From: Cellvibrionales bacterium | Lineage (GTDB): Bacteria > Pseudomonadota > Gammaproteobacteria > Pseudomonadales > UBA7239 | Length of the DNA stretch: 58,557 nt | Direction: 5' to 3' | Assembly (NCBI GenBank): GCA_043769275.1 | Contig: JAYVJM010000091.1 | Span: forward strand, 1-58,557 | In this document: one piece after another, positions 9,410 to 20,668 of the stretch | Position numbering within the stretch: position 1 is the first letter of the stretch | How the letters are laid out: the number at the start of each line of letters is the position of its first letter | Notes under the pieces: model-generated | Databases searched by the model: none | What the model was told of the DNA's origin: nothing | The model's input: the letters and a program-made list of their open reading frames with translations, nothing else | Position numbers and translations under genes: made by a program

Positions 9410-10756
9410 ATGACGATTATTGCAACGGATAGAAAATATATAGTCATTGGCCTTGGAGAGTCAGGCTGGGCATGTGCGCGCTTTTTACGTGCGCGTGGAG
9501 ATGTGTTTGTGATGATGGATACGCGGATTTCGCCGCCTAGTCTTTCTGCATTTCAGAAAGAGTTTCCCGATGTCTCGGTGATTTGCGGCGCGCTAGATAG
9601 CGCGCTGCTTGTGCAGGCTAATGAGATTGTTGTAAGCCCAGGCATTTCTCTCGCGGAGCCTGCGTTGCAGGCGGCAAAAAGAGCAGGTGTATCGCTGGTA
9701 GGCGATATTGAATTATTTGTGCGACACACAAAAAAGCCGATTATTGCCATTACTGGTTCAAACGCTAAAAGTACCGTGACCACACTGGTAGGCGAAATGG
9801 CGGTAGCTGCTGGGCTTTCCGTCGGTGTGGGTGGCAACCTCGGCATTCCTGCATTAGACATGTTGGATGATGGGCGTATTGATTGTTATGTGTTGGAGTT
9901 GTCTAGTTTTCAGTTGGAGACGACGTTTTCTTTGTGCGCTCAAGTGGCGGTTCTTTTAAACATCAGTGCCGATCATATGGATAGATACGAGAATTTGCAG
10001 GCATATGTTTTGGCGAAGCAACGTATTTACCGCGGTGCGCAGCATGTTGTTTTTAATCGAGCTGATAAATTAACGCACCCGATGTTGGCAAACCAACAAA
10101 CAGCTTGGTCTTTTGGTTTGGATATGGGTGACCGTTTTTCCGTGGGTATAAAAAATATCTCAGGAGAAGACTGCTTGGTTCGCAATATGCGCGAGCCGCT
10201 CCTGCGTGTGGATGATGTGCCGTTGGCGGGCAGCCATAACATAGCCAATGTGGTGGCGGCTTTGGCTATTGCGAGTGCGGCTGGTTGGGATATTGCCGCT
10301 TGTGTTGCTGCTGTAAAGAAATTCAGCGGTCTTGCACATCGTTGTCAGTTTGTTGCAAAAGAAAAAGGCGTGTCGTTTTTTAATGATTCTAAGGGTACCA
10401 ATATCGGCGCGACAATTGCTGCTATTACGGGCTTGGCTGCTGCGAAAAAAAATATTGTTTTGATCGCTGGTGGAGAAGGGAAAGGTGCTGATTTTTCAGA
10501 TATGGCGGCCTGTGTACAAGCGCACGTCAAGCATATTGTGTTAATTGGTAGAGACGCGGATTTAATTGCGTCTGCTTGTACAGGTGCGGCGCACAGCAAG
10601 GCATCATCAATGGCGGCTGCCGTGCAGCAGGCGGCGCAATTGGCTACGGAAGGGGACATTGTGTTGTTGTCGCCCGCTTGTGCCAGTTTTGATATGTTCA
10701 AAAACTACGAAGATCGCGGTAGACAATTTTGTGTCGCTGTGGAGTCTTGCGTATGA
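9410..10756 (+). CDS. murD: UDP-N-acetylmuramoylalanine--D-glutamate ligase
   Basis: N-terminal Rossmann motif VIGLGESG and P-loop ITGSNAKSTV. The ATG at 9410 was chosen because the track start at 9365 overlaps the mraY end. Confidence 0.93.
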   Translation: MTIIATDRKYIVIGLGESGWACARFLRARGDVFVMMDTRISPPSLSAFQKEFPDVSVICGALDSALLVQANEIVVSPGISLAEPALQAAKRAGVSLVGDIELFVRHTKKPIIAITGSNAKSTVTTLVGEMAVAAGLSVGVGGNLGIPALDMLDDGRIDCYVLELSSFQLETTFSLCAQVAVLLNISADHMDRYENLQAYVLAKQRIYRGAQHVVFNRADKLTHPMLANQQTAWSFGLDMGDRFSVGIKNISGEDCLVRNMREPLLRVDDVPLAGSHNIANVVAALAIASAAGWDIAACVAAVKKFSGLAHRCQFVAKEKGVSFFNDSKGTNIGATIAAITGLAAAKKNIVLIAGGEGKGADFSDMAACVQAHVKHIVLIGRDADLIASACTGAAHSKASSMAAAVQQAAQLATEGDIVLLSPACASFDMFKNYEDRGRQFCVAVESCV

Positions 10757-12000
10757 AAAGCCTGCACGCATTTATTTATCCTGTGTCATCTGCTTATCCG
10801 GTGAAAAAAACAGAGGACGGCAGTGTTTTGTGGTGTATGGATATGCCAATGCTTGTTTTTGCGCTTGCATTGTTTTTTCTTGGTTGGGTTATGGTCAGTT
10901 CTGCCTCGATGGATTACGCATGGCATGGTACGGCAGACGCATTTTATTTCAGCAAACATCACGGTGTTTATGTCTTGTTGTCCATTTTATGTGGCGCTGT
11001 CGTGCTCGCCGTGCCCATCTCCGCTTGGCGGCGATTGGACGCTGCGTTTCTTGTTCTTGCTGCTTTGTTGTTGCTGATTGTGCTGGTGCCTGGGATAGGG
11101 CGGCGTGTTAATGGCGCTCAACGCTGGCTAAATTTCGGCTTTATGACTTTGCAGGTTTCAGAAATTGCGAAATGGGCAGCTATGGTTTTTTTCGCCGGTT
11201 ATCTTGTGCGTCGCCGTGCAGATATGCAAAACAGCATGTGGGGTTTTTGTAAGCCGTTTATTGTGCTGGGTGTTTTGGCCGCATTGTTGTTGGCTGAACC
11301 GGATTTCGGCGCAACGGTTGTAATTGGTTTATCTACTCTGGCGTTGTTGTTTCTAGCAGGCGCGCCGCTTGTGCGTTTTGTTTTGTTGCTGTTGACGTGT
11401 TTGGGTGCTGCCGTATTTTTGGCGGTTTCTGAGAGTTATCGTTTTGCACGTTTGATGGCATTTGTTAATCCTTGGGATGAGAGCGTGGTGTACGGAAGCG
11501 GTTATCAGTTGACGCAGTCTTTAATTGCTATTGGCCGAGGCGAGTGGTTTGGTGTTGGCTTGGGGAATAGCGTGCAAAAATTATTTTATCTTCCAGAGGC
11601 ACACACCGATTTTGTATTCAGTATTTGGGCTGAAGAAACGGGTCTTGCGGGTGCTGCTTTGGTGGTTTTCTTGTTTTCTGCATTGATCTGGCGTTTGTTT
11701 GTCGTTGTAAATATCGCTGCACGGCGAGGCGAGAATTTTGGTGCGCTGGTTGTTAGCGGCATTGCGCTCGTGCTCGGGTTCCAAGTCTTTATCAATATCG
11801 GCGTGGCCTCTGGATTGCTACCAACCAAGGGCTTGACCTTGCCGTTTATAAGCTACGGCGGCAGTAGTTTAATGATCAGTGCAGCGATGATTGCTATGGC
11901 CTTGCGTTTGAGTTTTGAGAATCGCATTTACGGTTCAGATGAGCGTGCTGTTTCTGTAGAAAAAACCGTAGTAGCGACCGAGCGATATCGCGATGACTAA
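10753..12000 (+). CDS. ftsW: SEDS-family peptidoglycan glycosyltransferase FtsW
   Basis: Polytopic protein with PEAHTDFVFS and LPTKGLTLPFISYGGSS motifs. The ATG at 10753 overlaps the murD stop (ATGA) and is preceded by GGAG (10741-10744). Confidence 0.92.
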   Translation: MKSLHAFIYPVSSAYPVKKTEDGSVLWCMDMPMLVFALALFFLGWVMVSSASMDYAWHGTADAFYFSKHHGVYVLLSILCGAVVLAVPISAWRRLDAAFLVLAALLLLIVLVPGIGRRVNGAQRWLNFGFMTLQVSEIAKWAAMVFFAGYLVRRRADMQNSMWGFCKPFIVLGVLAALLLAEPDFGATVVIGLSTLALLFLAGAPLVRFVLLLLTCLGAAVFLAVSESYRFARLMAFVNPWDESVVYGSGYQLTQSLIAIGRGEWFGVGLGNSVQKLFYLPEAHTDFVFSIWAEETGLAGAALVVFLFSALIWRLFVVVNIAARRGENFGALVVSGIALVLGFQVFINIGVASGLLPTKGLTLPFISYGGSSLMISAAMIAMALRLSFENRIYGSDERAVSVEKTVVATERYRDD

Positions 12001-13084
12001 GCCGACGGTTAGTGCAAAAACAGTATTGATTATGGCGGCTGGTACGGGTGGGCACATATTCCCCGCTTTGGCGGTGGCGCAGCTATTGCGCACGCGCGGA
12101 TGGCGGGTGGAGTGGTTGGGCACGGCAGTCGGCATTGAGGCAACAGTTGTCCCTGCCAATGATTTTTCGCTGCATCGCATTAGCGCGGTTGGGTTACGGG
12201 GCAAGGATTTTAAAAAGTTGCTGCTGGCTCCGTGGTTTTTGGCCTGTTCTTTTTGGCAGACAGTAAAAATATTCCGGCAGATTAGGCCTCGTGTTGTGCT
12301 GGGCATGGGTGGGTTTGTCACGGGTTCTGGCGGTATGTGCGCACGAATTTTTGGCGCGCCTTTGGTTATTCATGAGCAAAACGCTATTGCAGGAACCGCC
12401 AATCGTGTATTGGCTTGTTTTGCGCAACGCGTACTTTCTGCCTTTCCTAATGTATTTGCACATGGTGAGGTCGTTGGTAACCCAGTGCGTGCTGATATTG
12501 CGCGGTTGGCGAAAGAACCCAAAAAAATTAGCGATCAAAACACAGCAATTAAGTTACTGGTATTGGGTGGCAGCCAAGGCGCACAGATATTGAATGATGT
12601 ATTGCCCCATGCCATCGGGCTGTTGCCAGATACGATACGGCCAGAAGTATTCCATCAGTCAGGAAAAGGCAAAAAAGAAGGGACGCGTGAGCGTTATGGT
12701 CAGCTCGGTGTGGATGCTCGAGTTGACGATTTCGTAGACGATATGGCAGCCATGTATCAGTGGGCTGATATCGTTGTGTGTCGTGCAGGTGCAATGACCG
12801 TGTCTGAGCTGGCCTGTGCGCAACTCCCAGCGGTGCTAATTCCATTGCCCTCTGCTATTGATGATCACCAAAATTTCAATGCGCGATACTTGGTCGATGC
12901 GGGCGCGTCATATTTATTGCCACAGTCTCAGCTCAATGCGGAAACATTGGCGGACATGTTAAAAAAAATCATGGCGAATAGAGCGGCATTACAGGCTATG
13001 GCAGATACATTGCGTTCGTTGGCCAGCATTACTGCGGCAGAGCGAGTGGCGGATATTTGCGAGGAGTTGGCTGATGTTCAGTAG
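11993..13084 (+). CDS. murG: undecaprenyldiphospho-muramoylpentapeptide beta-N-acetylglucosaminyltransferase
   Basis: N-terminal AAGTGGHIFPALAVA motif and a GT28 C-terminal domain. 8-nt overlap with ftsW. Confidence 0.93.
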   Translation: MTKPTVSAKTVLIMAAGTGGHIFPALAVAQLLRTRGWRVEWLGTAVGIEATVVPANDFSLHRISAVGLRGKDFKKLLLAPWFLACSFWQTVKIFRQIRPRVVLGMGGFVTGSGGMCARIFGAPLVIHEQNAIAGTANRVLACFAQRVLSAFPNVFAHGEVVGNPVRADIARLAKEPKKISDQNTAIKLLVLGGSQGAQILNDVLPHAIGLLPDTIRPEVFHQSGKGKKEGTRERYGQLGVDARVDDFVDDMAAMYQWADIVVCRAGAMTVSELACAQLPAVLIPLPSAIDDHQNFNARYLVDAGASYLLPQSQLNAETLADMLKKIMANRAALQAMADTLRSLASITAAERVADICEELADVQ

Positions 13085-13108
13085 GCAAATTTTTTTAAGG
13101 TTATACCT

Positions 13109-14527
13109 ATGTTGATTCCAGAAATGCGTCGGATACGTCGCATACATTTTATTGGTATTGGCGGTGCTGGTATGTGCGGTATTGCCGAGGTTTTGTTGAA
13201 CCAAGGCTATGTTATTTCTGGCTCGGACGTGCGTGATTCTGCTGTTGTTAAGCGGCTGCATACACTGGGTATTCCGGTTGCGATTGGGCATTGTCCAGAC
13301 AATGTCGTCAATGCAGATGTTGTTGTGGTATCCAGCGCAATTGATATGCAAAACTCGGAATTGGTTGCTGCACGCGCAGCGCGTATTCCTGTAGTGCGTC
13401 GTGCAGAAATGTTGGCGGAGTTGATGCGTTATCGGCACGGAATTGCTGTGGCCGGTGCGCACGGAAAAACTACCACGACAAGCCTAATTGCTTCGATTTT
13501 GGCTGAGGGCGGGCTGGATCCTACCTATGTTATCGGCGGTTTGCTCAATAGCACGGGCAGAAATGCCGGCCTTGGGGCGAGTCGTTATTTAGTGGCAGAA
13601 GCCGATGAAAGCGATGCGTCTTTTTTACATTTGCAGCCTATGGTTGCCGTTGTGACCAATATTGATGCAGATCACATGGAAACCTACGCGGGCGATTTTA
13701 AGCGCCTGCAAAAAACGTATGTTGAGTTTCTGCATAATTTGCCATTTTACGGCGTGGCGGTGATTTGCATTGATGACGCTGCGGTGTTCGAAATCATGCA
13801 AGACATTGGTCGACCAATAATTACCTACGGGTTTGACGTAGATGCTGATTTCCGTATTGTCGATGCTGTACAAGACAAAATGCAAAGTACTTTTACAATT
13901 TTAAGGCCAGAGCAATTACCAATAACCGCAACAATTAACTTGCCAGGCTTACACAACGTACAAAACGCGGCGGCGGCTGTTGCTGTGGCTACGGATGAAG
14001 GAATAGCGGACGATGCTATTGTGCGCGCACTCGCAAAATTTCAAGGCGTAGGTCGTCGTTTTCAAGTGTACGGTGAATATGATGTCGAGCATGGAAAAGT
14101 CATGCTTGTGGATGATTATGGCCATCATCCGCGTGAAGTGGATGCTGTCATTTGCGCCGTACGCGCCGGCTGGCCAGAGCGTAGATTGGTGATGGTTTAT
14201 CAGCCGCATCGTTACACGCGCACGCGCGATTTGTACGAAGACTTTGTTGGCGTTTTATCCCAGGTTGATGTCCTTGTTTTGCTTGATGTATACAGCGCAG
14301 GCGAGGCGTTTATTGCGGGTGCCGATAGCCGTACTTTGGCGCGCAGTATTCGTCAGCGCGGTATGGTCGATCCTATGTTTGTTGAAAATATAGAGGCGGT
14401 TCCTGCGCTGCTGTCTCGGGTGTTGCAAGCGGGCGATTTTGTCGTGACGCAAGGAGCAGGAAATGTGGGTGTTTTGGCGGCAGATTTAGCGCGCTGCAAG
14501 TTATTGGATGAGTCCGTGTCATGTTGA
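13109..14527 (+). CDS. murC: UDP-N-acetylmuramate--L-alanine ligase
   Basis: [15 protein letters not shown] and [10 protein letters not shown] motifs, with the Mur ligase middle and C-terminal domains. Confidence 0.93.
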   Translation: MLIPEMRRIRRIHFIGIGGAGMCGIAEVLLNQGYVISGSDVRDSAVVKRLHTLGIPVAIGHCPDNVVNADVVVVSSAIDMQNSELVAARAARIPVVRRAEMLAELMRYRHGIAVAGAHGKTTTTSLIASILAEGGLDPTYVIGGLLNSTGRNAGLGASRYLVAEADESDASFLHLQPMVAVVTNIDADHMETYAGDFKRLQKTYVEFLHNLPFYGVAVICIDDAAVFEIMQDIGRPIITYGFDVDADFRIVDAVQDKMQSTFTILRPEQLPITATINLPGLHNVQNAAAAVAVATDEGIADDAIVRALAKFQGVGRRFQVYGEYDVEHGKVMLVDDYGHHPREVDAVICAVRAGWPERRLVMVYQPHRYTRTRDLYEDFVGVLSQVDVLVLLDVYSAGEAFIAGADSRTLARSIRQRGMVDPMFVENIEAVPALLSRVLQAGDFVVTQGAGNVGVLAADLARCKLLDESVSC

Positions 14528-15501
14528 CGTTTGATAAAGAAAAAGCAGGCATTTTTGATGCACAGAAAATGGGTCGTGTGGCGGTTTTATATGGCGGCCT
14601 TTCTTCTGAGCGTGAAGTCTCGCTTAAGAGTGGGCGCGCCATTTTTGATGCGTTATTGCGCTTGGGTTGTGATGCTGAATTGGTTGATGTGAAGGAGGAT
14701 TTTTTGCTGGTACTTGCGCAAGCGCAAGCGTCAGAAAAGCCTTGGCAGCGTGCATTTATTGCGTTGCACGGTGTAGGAGGCGAAGACGGAGTTATTCAGG
14801 CTGTGCTGCAAATGGCGAGTATTCCTTATACCGGCAGCGGTGTTCTGGCGTCTGCTCTGACGATGAATAAATGGCGGACAAAACAGTTATGGATGGAACA
14901 GGCTTTGGCCACGCCGGCGCATGAGCTTCTGCATGAGAATAGTGATTGGCATGCCTGTATAAGAAAATTGGGCGGAGTGGCTATTGTTAAACCTGCCTGT
15001 GAAGGCTCCAGTATGGGCATGCGTAAAGCTACGAGCGCAGAAAGTTTACGGAATGCTTATTTTTTTGCGCGTCAATTTGCCGGCGTTGTGTTGGCGGAGG
15101 CGTGGATAAATGGGCCGGAATTTACGGTTGGTATTTTGAATGACGAAGCATTGCCGGTTATCCGATTGGAAACAGATAGCGAGTTTTACGACTTCGACGC
15201 GAAATATGTATCAAATAACACGCGCTATTTATGTCCTTGTGGTTTGTCGCCGGACAAGCATCTGGAATTACAGCAATTGGCATTGTCAGCCTTTAATGCT
15301 GTTGGCTGTCGTGGCTGGGGGCGCGTAGATGTTATGAGTGATGATACGGGTAAATTTTACTTGCTTGAGGTTAATACTGTGCCTGGTATGACGGATCACA
15401 GCTTGGTGCCAAAGGCCGCTGCAGCGAAAGGCGTAGATTTTGACGGGTTGGTTATGCAGATTTTGTTGAGTAGTTTTCATTTCATTGGGGAGGTTGTTTA
15501 G
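14521..15501 (+). CDS. ddl: D-alanine--D-alanine ligase
   Basis: ATP-grasp protein with [21 protein letters not shown] and [11 protein letters not shown] motifs. 7-nt overlap with murC. Confidence 0.92.
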   Translation: MLTFDKEKAGIFDAQKMGRVAVLYGGLSSEREVSLKSGRAIFDALLRLGCDAELVDVKEDFLLVLAQAQASEKPWQRAFIALHGVGGEDGVIQAVLQMASIPYTGSGVLASALTMNKWRTKQLWMEQALATPAHELLHENSDWHACIRKLGGVAIVKPACEGSSMGMRKATSAESLRNAYFFARQFAGVVLAEAWINGPEFTVGILNDEALPVIRLETDSEFYDFDAKYVSNNTRYLCPCGLSPDKHLELQQLALSAFNAVGCRGWGRVDVMSDDTGKFYLLEVNTVPGMTDHSLVPKAAAAKGVDFDGLVMQILLSSFHFIGEVV

Positions 15502-15504
15502 CCC

Positions 15505-16290
15505 ATGCATGCAGATAATGCAATGCGACTATCGGCAACACGTAAGCCTACTGCTTCTGGCTCGATTGTGGAGGCCAAAGGCGGTGCGTTTTTTTATCGT
15601 TTTTTGTTGGTCTTCATGCAGACTGTTCTGGTTTTTTTATTGCTGTGTGGCATTTATTTTGCTTTGCCTTGGTTGCATGCGGCCTTTAATAAGCCAATTG
15701 CGCGTATCTTGGTGCGTGGTGATTTGCAGGCATTGAATCAGAAGGCAGTCATGGATGTTGTTGCAATTTATGAAGAAGACAGCTTTTTCGACGTTGATTT
15801 AGCCGCTTTAGTTCATCGCCTAGAATCGCAGCCGTGGATTGCGCACGCACGCGCACGCAGGCGTTGGCCCGATGCGGTTGAAATTGATTTGGTCGAGCAA
15901 AAGCCGATCGCTTATTGGGGGAATAACGCAATAGTTAACGCAAAAGGACGTATTTTTGAGCATCAGGGTCTGTATCAGAATCACGCCTTGCCTCGCCTTT
16001 GGAGTGAGCTAGGTACGCCGGCGGAGGCGATGAGCCACTACGAAATTTTTACGCAGCAATTGCAGCCTCTTGCTTTGGGTTTGCGCTCGATAAGTCAGAA
16101 TGTGCAGGGTGATTGGCAGTTGCAATTAAGCAATGGAATAACGGTAATGCTGGATCGTGCAGATCCAGTCGGCAATGTACGCAACTTTATCAGCGTATAT
16201 CGGCAACTATTGTTGCACAGTGCGCGGCGTGCATTAGTGGTAGATATGCGCTATCGCCATGGCGCGGCGATACGTTGGCAGCCCGTGTGA
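15505..16290 (+). CDS. ftsQ: cell division protein FtsQ
   Basis: Single TM followed by a POTRA-like segment (ARILVRGDLQALN...), positioned between ddl and ftsA. Confidence 0.8.
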   Translation: MHADNAMRLSATRKPTASGSIVEAKGGAFFYRFLLVFMQTVLVFLLLCGIYFALPWLHAAFNKPIARILVRGDLQALNQKAVMDVVAIYEEDSFFDVDLAALVHRLESQPWIAHARARRRWPDAVEIDLVEQKPIAYWGNNAIVNAKGRIFEHQGLYQNHALPRLWSELGTPAEAMSHYEIFTQQLQPLALGLRSISQNVQGDWQLQLSNGITVMLDRADPVGNVRNFISVYRQLLLHSARRALVVDMRYRHGAAIRWQPV

Positions 16291-16314
16291 TAGCCGGTTA
16301 AATGGGAGAGCGAT

Positions 16315-17559
16315 ATGAGTTTGGATAAGAGCCATTTAAAAAATAATTTAATCGTGGGCTTGGATATAGGCACATCTAAAGTTGTGGCTTTGGTGGGAGA
16401 GATTGGCACAGACGGCAGCTTAGAGGTTATTGGCATTGGGTCGCATAAGTCAATTGGTTTGAAGAAAGGTGTGGTGGTCAATATTGAATCCACAGTGCAG
16501 TCTATTCAGCGCGCCATAGAGGAAGCTGAACTGATGGCGGGGTGCCAAATTCACTCTGTTTATGCAGGTATAGCGGGCAGTCATATTCGCAGCTTGAATT
16601 CACACGGTATCGTGGCTATCCGTGATCGTGAAGTGCAAGTTGCGGATGTAGAGCGTGTAATTGATGCGGCGCAGGCGGTAGCGATTCCTGCCGATCAAAA
16701 AGTGCTGCATATTCTTCCTCAGGATTACATAATTGATAGCCAGGAAGGGGTGCGCGAGCCGTTAGGGATGTCAGGTGTTCGCCTAGAGGCCAAAGTACAT
16801 CTGGTCACTTGCGCTGTGAATGCTGCACAAAACATTGAAAAATGTATACGTCGATGCGGGCTGGAAGTAGATGATATTATCTTGGAGCAGTTGGCATCTA
16901 GTTATGCTGTGCTTACAGAAGACGAGAAAGAGTTGGGCGTGTGTTTGGTGGATATCGGCGGAGGCACAACGGATATTGCTGTATTTACCGAGGGGGCAAT
17001 AAAGCACACGGCAGTGATTCCCATTGCGGGAGATCAAGTCACGAATGATATTGCTATGGCGCTGCGTACGCCGACACCGTTTGCGGAAGAGATTAAAATC
17101 AAATATGCCTGCGCGCTTACGCAGCTTGCGCGGGCAGACGAAATTATTAAAGTGCCCGGTGTGGGCGAGCGTGTAGCGCGTGATTTATCGCGCCAAGCAC
17201 TCGCTGAAGTGGTTGAGCCACGGTACGATGAATTATTTACTTTGATACAAGCGGAGCTGCGTCGCAGCGGTTATGAAGATTTGATTGCCGCGGGTGTCGT
17301 GTTAACGGGTGGAACTGCTAAAATCGAGGGAGCGGTGGAGTTGGCTGAAGAAATATTTCATATGCCCGTACGTGTAGGTGCGCCAGTGGATGTGAAAGGT
17401 TTGAGCGATATTGTTAGAAATCCCATTTACTCGACTGGAGTCGGATTGCTTTTGTATGGTCTCAAGCAGCAGAAGGAAGGTAGGTTGGGTATAGAAACTG
17501 CAAGCAATCGTGCCAGCATCATCGATAAGGTGAAGCGTTGGCTTAAGAATAATTTTTAA
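16315..17559 (+). CDS. ftsA: cell division protein FtsA
   Basis: Actin-fold motifs VGLDIGTSKVVALVGE and VDIGGGTTDIAVF, with a C-terminal amphipathic helix (VKRWLKNNF). Confidence 0.95.
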   Translation: MSLDKSHLKNNLIVGLDIGTSKVVALVGEIGTDGSLEVIGIGSHKSIGLKKGVVVNIESTVQSIQRAIEEAELMAGCQIHSVYAGIAGSHIRSLNSHGIVAIRDREVQVADVERVIDAAQAVAIPADQKVLHILPQDYIIDSQEGVREPLGMSGVRLEAKVHLVTCAVNAAQNIEKCIRRCGLEVDDIILEQLASSYAVLTEDEKELGVCLVDIGGGTTDIAVFTEGAIKHTAVIPIAGDQVTNDIAMALRTPTPFAEEIKIKYACALTQLARADEIIKVPGVGERVARDLSRQALAEVVEPRYDELFTLIQAELRRSGYEDLIAAGVVLTGGTAKIEGAVELAEEIFHMPVRVGAPVDVKGLSDIVRNPIYSTGVGLLLYGLKQQKEGRLGIETASNRASIIDKVKRWLKNNF

Positions 17560-17592
17560 ATCGCTTTTTAGCCGAGATAAGTGAGGCAGGCC

Positions 17593-18795
17593 ATGTTTGA
17601 ACTAATTGAAAATGTACCACAAACAGCAGTAATTAAAGTTATCGGTGTTGGGGGCGGTGGCGGCAATGCTGTGCGTCATATGATCGCTAACGATGTTGAG
17701 GGTGTTGAGTTTATTTGTGCCAACACCGACGCACAGGCATTGCGTGATTTAGCGCAGGGCAGTGTCCTCAAGATCGGTAGTGGTGTGACGAAGGGTTTGG
17801 GTGCCGGTGCGAATCCAGACATGGGGCGTCAAGCCGCGCTTGAAGACCGAGAGCGTATTGCTGAGGTATTAAAAGGAGCCGACATGGTCTTTATTACTGC
17901 AGGCATGGGCGGCGGAACGGGTACAGGTGCTGCACCTGTTGTGGCGCAAATTGCACGAGATTTAGGTATTTTGACTGTGGCCGTTGTGACGAAGCCTTTC
18001 CCCTTTGAGGGCAAAAAGCGCATGGCGATTGCGCAGGAAGGCTTGCGTGCGCTTGCGGAAAATGTCGATTCATTGATTACGATTCCCAATGAAAAATTGC
18101 TCACAGCAATGGATAAAAACACGTCCTTGCTGGATGCATTTAAAGCGGCCAATGATGTGTTGCTGGGTGCAGTGCAGGGCATTGCACATCTGATTATTCG
18201 TGAAGGTCTGATTAACGTGGATTTCGCGGATGTGCGCACAGTGATGTCTGAGATGGGCGTTGCGATGATGGGAACCGGCAAAGCCTCAGGTGAAAACCGT
18301 GCGCGCTTGGCAGCAGAGGCCGCTATTCGTTGTCCATTACTGGATAATGTTGATCTTCAAGGAGCGCGTGGCATTTTGGTTAACATCACGGCTGGCTTTG
18401 ACTTAACGATGGGAGAGTTTGAAGAGGTGGGTAATGCGATACATGAGTTTGCCTCCGATAGTGCAACAGTCGTGGTGGGTACGGTTTTGGATCCAGATAT
18501 GAGCGGCGAATTGCGTGTCACGGTTGTAGCAACAGGTCTTGGCAGTCACGCAATCGCGCCGGAGCAGAAGCCAGCGAAGCTTGCGGATAATGGGGCAAGC
18601 TTGCGTGCATCAGCTTCTGGTGTGACGGACTATTCGCAATTGGATCGTCCAGCCGTGATGCGCCAACAGCAGTCTGCTCAAGTGGCAGCGGAGCGTGTGG
18701 CTGTCGCTGTGCCGGCTGTTATGCCGAGACAAAGCACGGATGCCGATCTTGATTATCTTGATATCCCTGCCTTTCTGCGTCGCCAAGCGGATTAA
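17593..18795 (+). CDS. ftsZ: cell division GTPase FtsZ
   Basis: IGVGGGGGNAV, the tubulin signature GGGTGTGAAPV, and the C-terminal peptide DYLDIPAFLRRQAD. ATG at 17593 (MFELIEN); the track lists an upstream GTG. Confidence 0.96.
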   Translation: MFELIENVPQTAVIKVIGVGGGGGNAVRHMIANDVEGVEFICANTDAQALRDLAQGSVLKIGSGVTKGLGAGANPDMGRQAALEDRERIAEVLKGADMVFITAGMGGGTGTGAAPVVAQIARDLGILTVAVVTKPFPFEGKKRMAIAQEGLRALAENVDSLITIPNEKLLTAMDKNTSLLDAFKAANDVLLGAVQGIAHLIIREGLINVDFADVRTVMSEMGVAMMGTGKASGENRARLAAEAAIRCPLLDNVDLQGARGILVNITAGFDLTMGEFEEVGNAIHEFASDSATVVVGTVLDPDMSGELRVTVVATGLGSHAIAPEQKPAKLADNGASLRASASGVTDYSQLDRPAVMRQQQSAQVAAERVAVAVPAVMPRQSTDADLDYLDIPAFLRRQAD

Positions 18796-19081
18796 GTGCC
18801 ACTGCATTTTGATGGCATATTAGCTCCAACGTTAAGCAGCCTTGGTTAGCTTTTTGCTGATCGGGGGTTTTTTATTGCATCGGACAAAATATCTCTGGCA
18901 TGCCCCTGTTATTGAGCCTGCACATGCTCAGCGTGTGTGGGCGAGTAGCCGTACCCTGAAGAAAAACGATAACAAACAGCAAAGCACCAGTTTTCCGCTA
19001 TATTTCATTATGGATAAGTGAACATTGCTTGCTAATCAACAAGCTGGTAATGCCCTTAACGTCGACTCATGAAGCGAAACC

Positions 19082-19489
19082 ATGAAGACAATTGTGCGGC
19101 AGTTTCATCAACCTTGCCTGTCTGCGTGCAGACGGCAGCATGGTTTTGCTCTGGCGGAGGTTTTGGTGACTTTTTTTGTGCTCTCTGTTGGCCTGATGGG
19201 CTTGGCTGCTTTGCAGGTCAAAGCGGTGAAGTACAACCAGAGCGCCTATACGCGTTCGCAGGCCACAGCAGCAGCAACCAGCATATTGGATAGTATCCGA
19301 GTTTCCGGTGGTGCCGCACCTCTAGCTGCAGACAAGGTTGAGTGGGACGCTTTTTTGTCGACGAGTTTGCCAGGCGGTAACGGTACTGTGGTGTGTGCCG
19401 GCACCGGTATTTGTACGGTTACGATTTCTTGGAGCGATACCTTGGCAGCTGCGGGTAATGACACGCTGACAGTGACATCATTGCTGTGA
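19082..19489 (+). CDS. pilV: type IV pilus minor pilin PilV
   Basis: Prepilin leader ending QHG|FALAEVLVTFFVLSVGLMGLAALQ (Glu at +5), typical of the PilV N-terminus. It is the first gene of the pilVWXY1E block. Confidence 0.75.
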   Translation: MKTIVRQFHQPCLSACRRQHGFALAEVLVTFFVLSVGLMGLAALQVKAVKYNQSAYTRSQATAAATSILDSIRVSGGAAPLAADKVEWDAFLSTSLPGGNGTVVCAGTGICTVTISWSDTLAAAGNDTLTVTSLL

Positions 19490-19518
19490 CATACGCTGGC
19501 TTGTCGAGGGGGTAAGGG

Positions 19519-20658
19519 ATGAAGCATTGCAGTCAGTCCGTCACAATAAGGCACAGTGGACACAGCCTCTGTACGCTTCAACTTGGCGTAACGCTGGTGG
19601 AGCTAATGGTCTCCCTAGCGCTTGGCGCGTTTTTAATCTTTGGCGTAATGAAGGCGTTTCTGAGTGGAAGGCAGGCGTACAGCTTGCAGCAGTCACTTTC
19701 GCACATCCAAGAAAGTGGCCGCTTTGCGCATGAATTTATTGGTTTTGATGTGCGCAGCTCAGGCGATTATGGCTGCGGTACAGGCGATGCTTTTGTTAGC
19801 AGCAGTACACCGGATGACAAAGTGTCTGTTGCTTGCGCAGGCATTAATGCATTGAATGATGCAGACGATGTTCGCTACAACTTTGGTTACGCGGTATATG
19901 GCTACGATAATGTGAGTGCAACCACGATTGCGGCGCTGCCTTATCTTGCTCCAGCACCTATTGCCGGAACCGATATCTTGGTTACGCATCCCGCTAGTGA
20001 TGTAGGCTCCTTGACTGCAGGGGTGGCAGGGGCTGCCGTCGATACACTAGCGATCCAGCCTACTACTGGATTGGCTCGTGGTGATTTTATTGCGTTGAGT
20101 GATTGCGCCAATACGCGCATCTTGCAGGTTAAGACTGTTTCTACGACCACTATCAAAGTTGTAAAGGATGGCGCGGTAGTGCCAGCACCTGGGGATCGTT
20201 GTATTGTAAATATCCCGTTTGATGCGGCCTCTACTGTTCGCAGGTTGGATACCGTGTTTTATTACATTGGCAATAACACTAGTGGTGTTCCAGCCTTGTA
20301 TGCCTATAGCGTTAGTGACGACGTTAGCAACGAGCTCATTGCAGGCGTTGAGAACATGCAGTTGAAATATGGCGTTGATCTACAAGCAAAGGGTGCGGCG
20401 GGTTATGGGTTGGTTGATAGTTACAAAGATGCCTCAGCGATCTCTGATACGGCATGGAATGGGTGGGATAGAGATGCCAACGTGGTACGTTCGGTTCGTT
20501 ACTATTTGTTGATACGAGGCGAGGATTCCGTGCTGTCAGACCCACAAACCTATACCTTTCCGCCTACTGCATCTTCCGCCACCACGGCAGCAGATTTACG
20601 CCTGCGCCATATCTTTGTCAACACGGTTGGCATACGCGTACGTACAAATCCGCGCTAA
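19519..20658 (+). CDS. pilW: type IV pilus minor pilin / assembly protein PilW
   Basis: QLG|VTLVELMVSLALGAFLIFGV N-terminus followed by QQSLSHIQESGRFA, which is PilW-like. 379 aa, in the expected position. Confidence 0.75.
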   Translation: MKHCSQSVTIRHSGHSLCTLQLGVTLVELMVSLALGAFLIFGVMKAFLSGRQAYSLQQSLSHIQESGRFAHEFIGFDVRSSGDYGCGTGDAFVSSSTPDDKVSVACAGINALNDADDVRYNFGYAVYGYDNVSATTIAALPYLAPAPIAGTDILVTHPASDVGSLTAGVAGAAVDTLAIQPTTGLARGDFIALSDCANTRILQVKTVSTTTIKVVKDGAVVPAPGDRCIVNIPFDAASTVRRLDTVFYYIGNNTSGVPALYAYSVSDDVSNELIAGVENMQLKYGVDLQAKGAAGYGLVDSYKDASAISDTAWNGWDRDANVVRSVRYYLLIRGEDSVLSDPQTYTFPPTASSATTAADLRLRHIFVNTVGIRVRTNPR

Positions 20659-20668
20659 GGAGGAGGGT

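Noticed and set aside
10566-11111. 181-aa plus-strand ORF overlapping the murD end and ftsW start. Also the small overlapping ORFs at 58-542 on the plus strand.
   Set aside because: They are out of frame with well-supported genes (murD/ftsW, or the beta-propeller gene on the opposite strand). They have Cys/Arg-rich nonsense composition.
18820-18880. Possible terminator after ftsZ (GGGGGTTTTTTATT run).
   Set aside because: I could not find a convincing GC-rich stem preceding the T-run, only short 4-5 bp complementarities.
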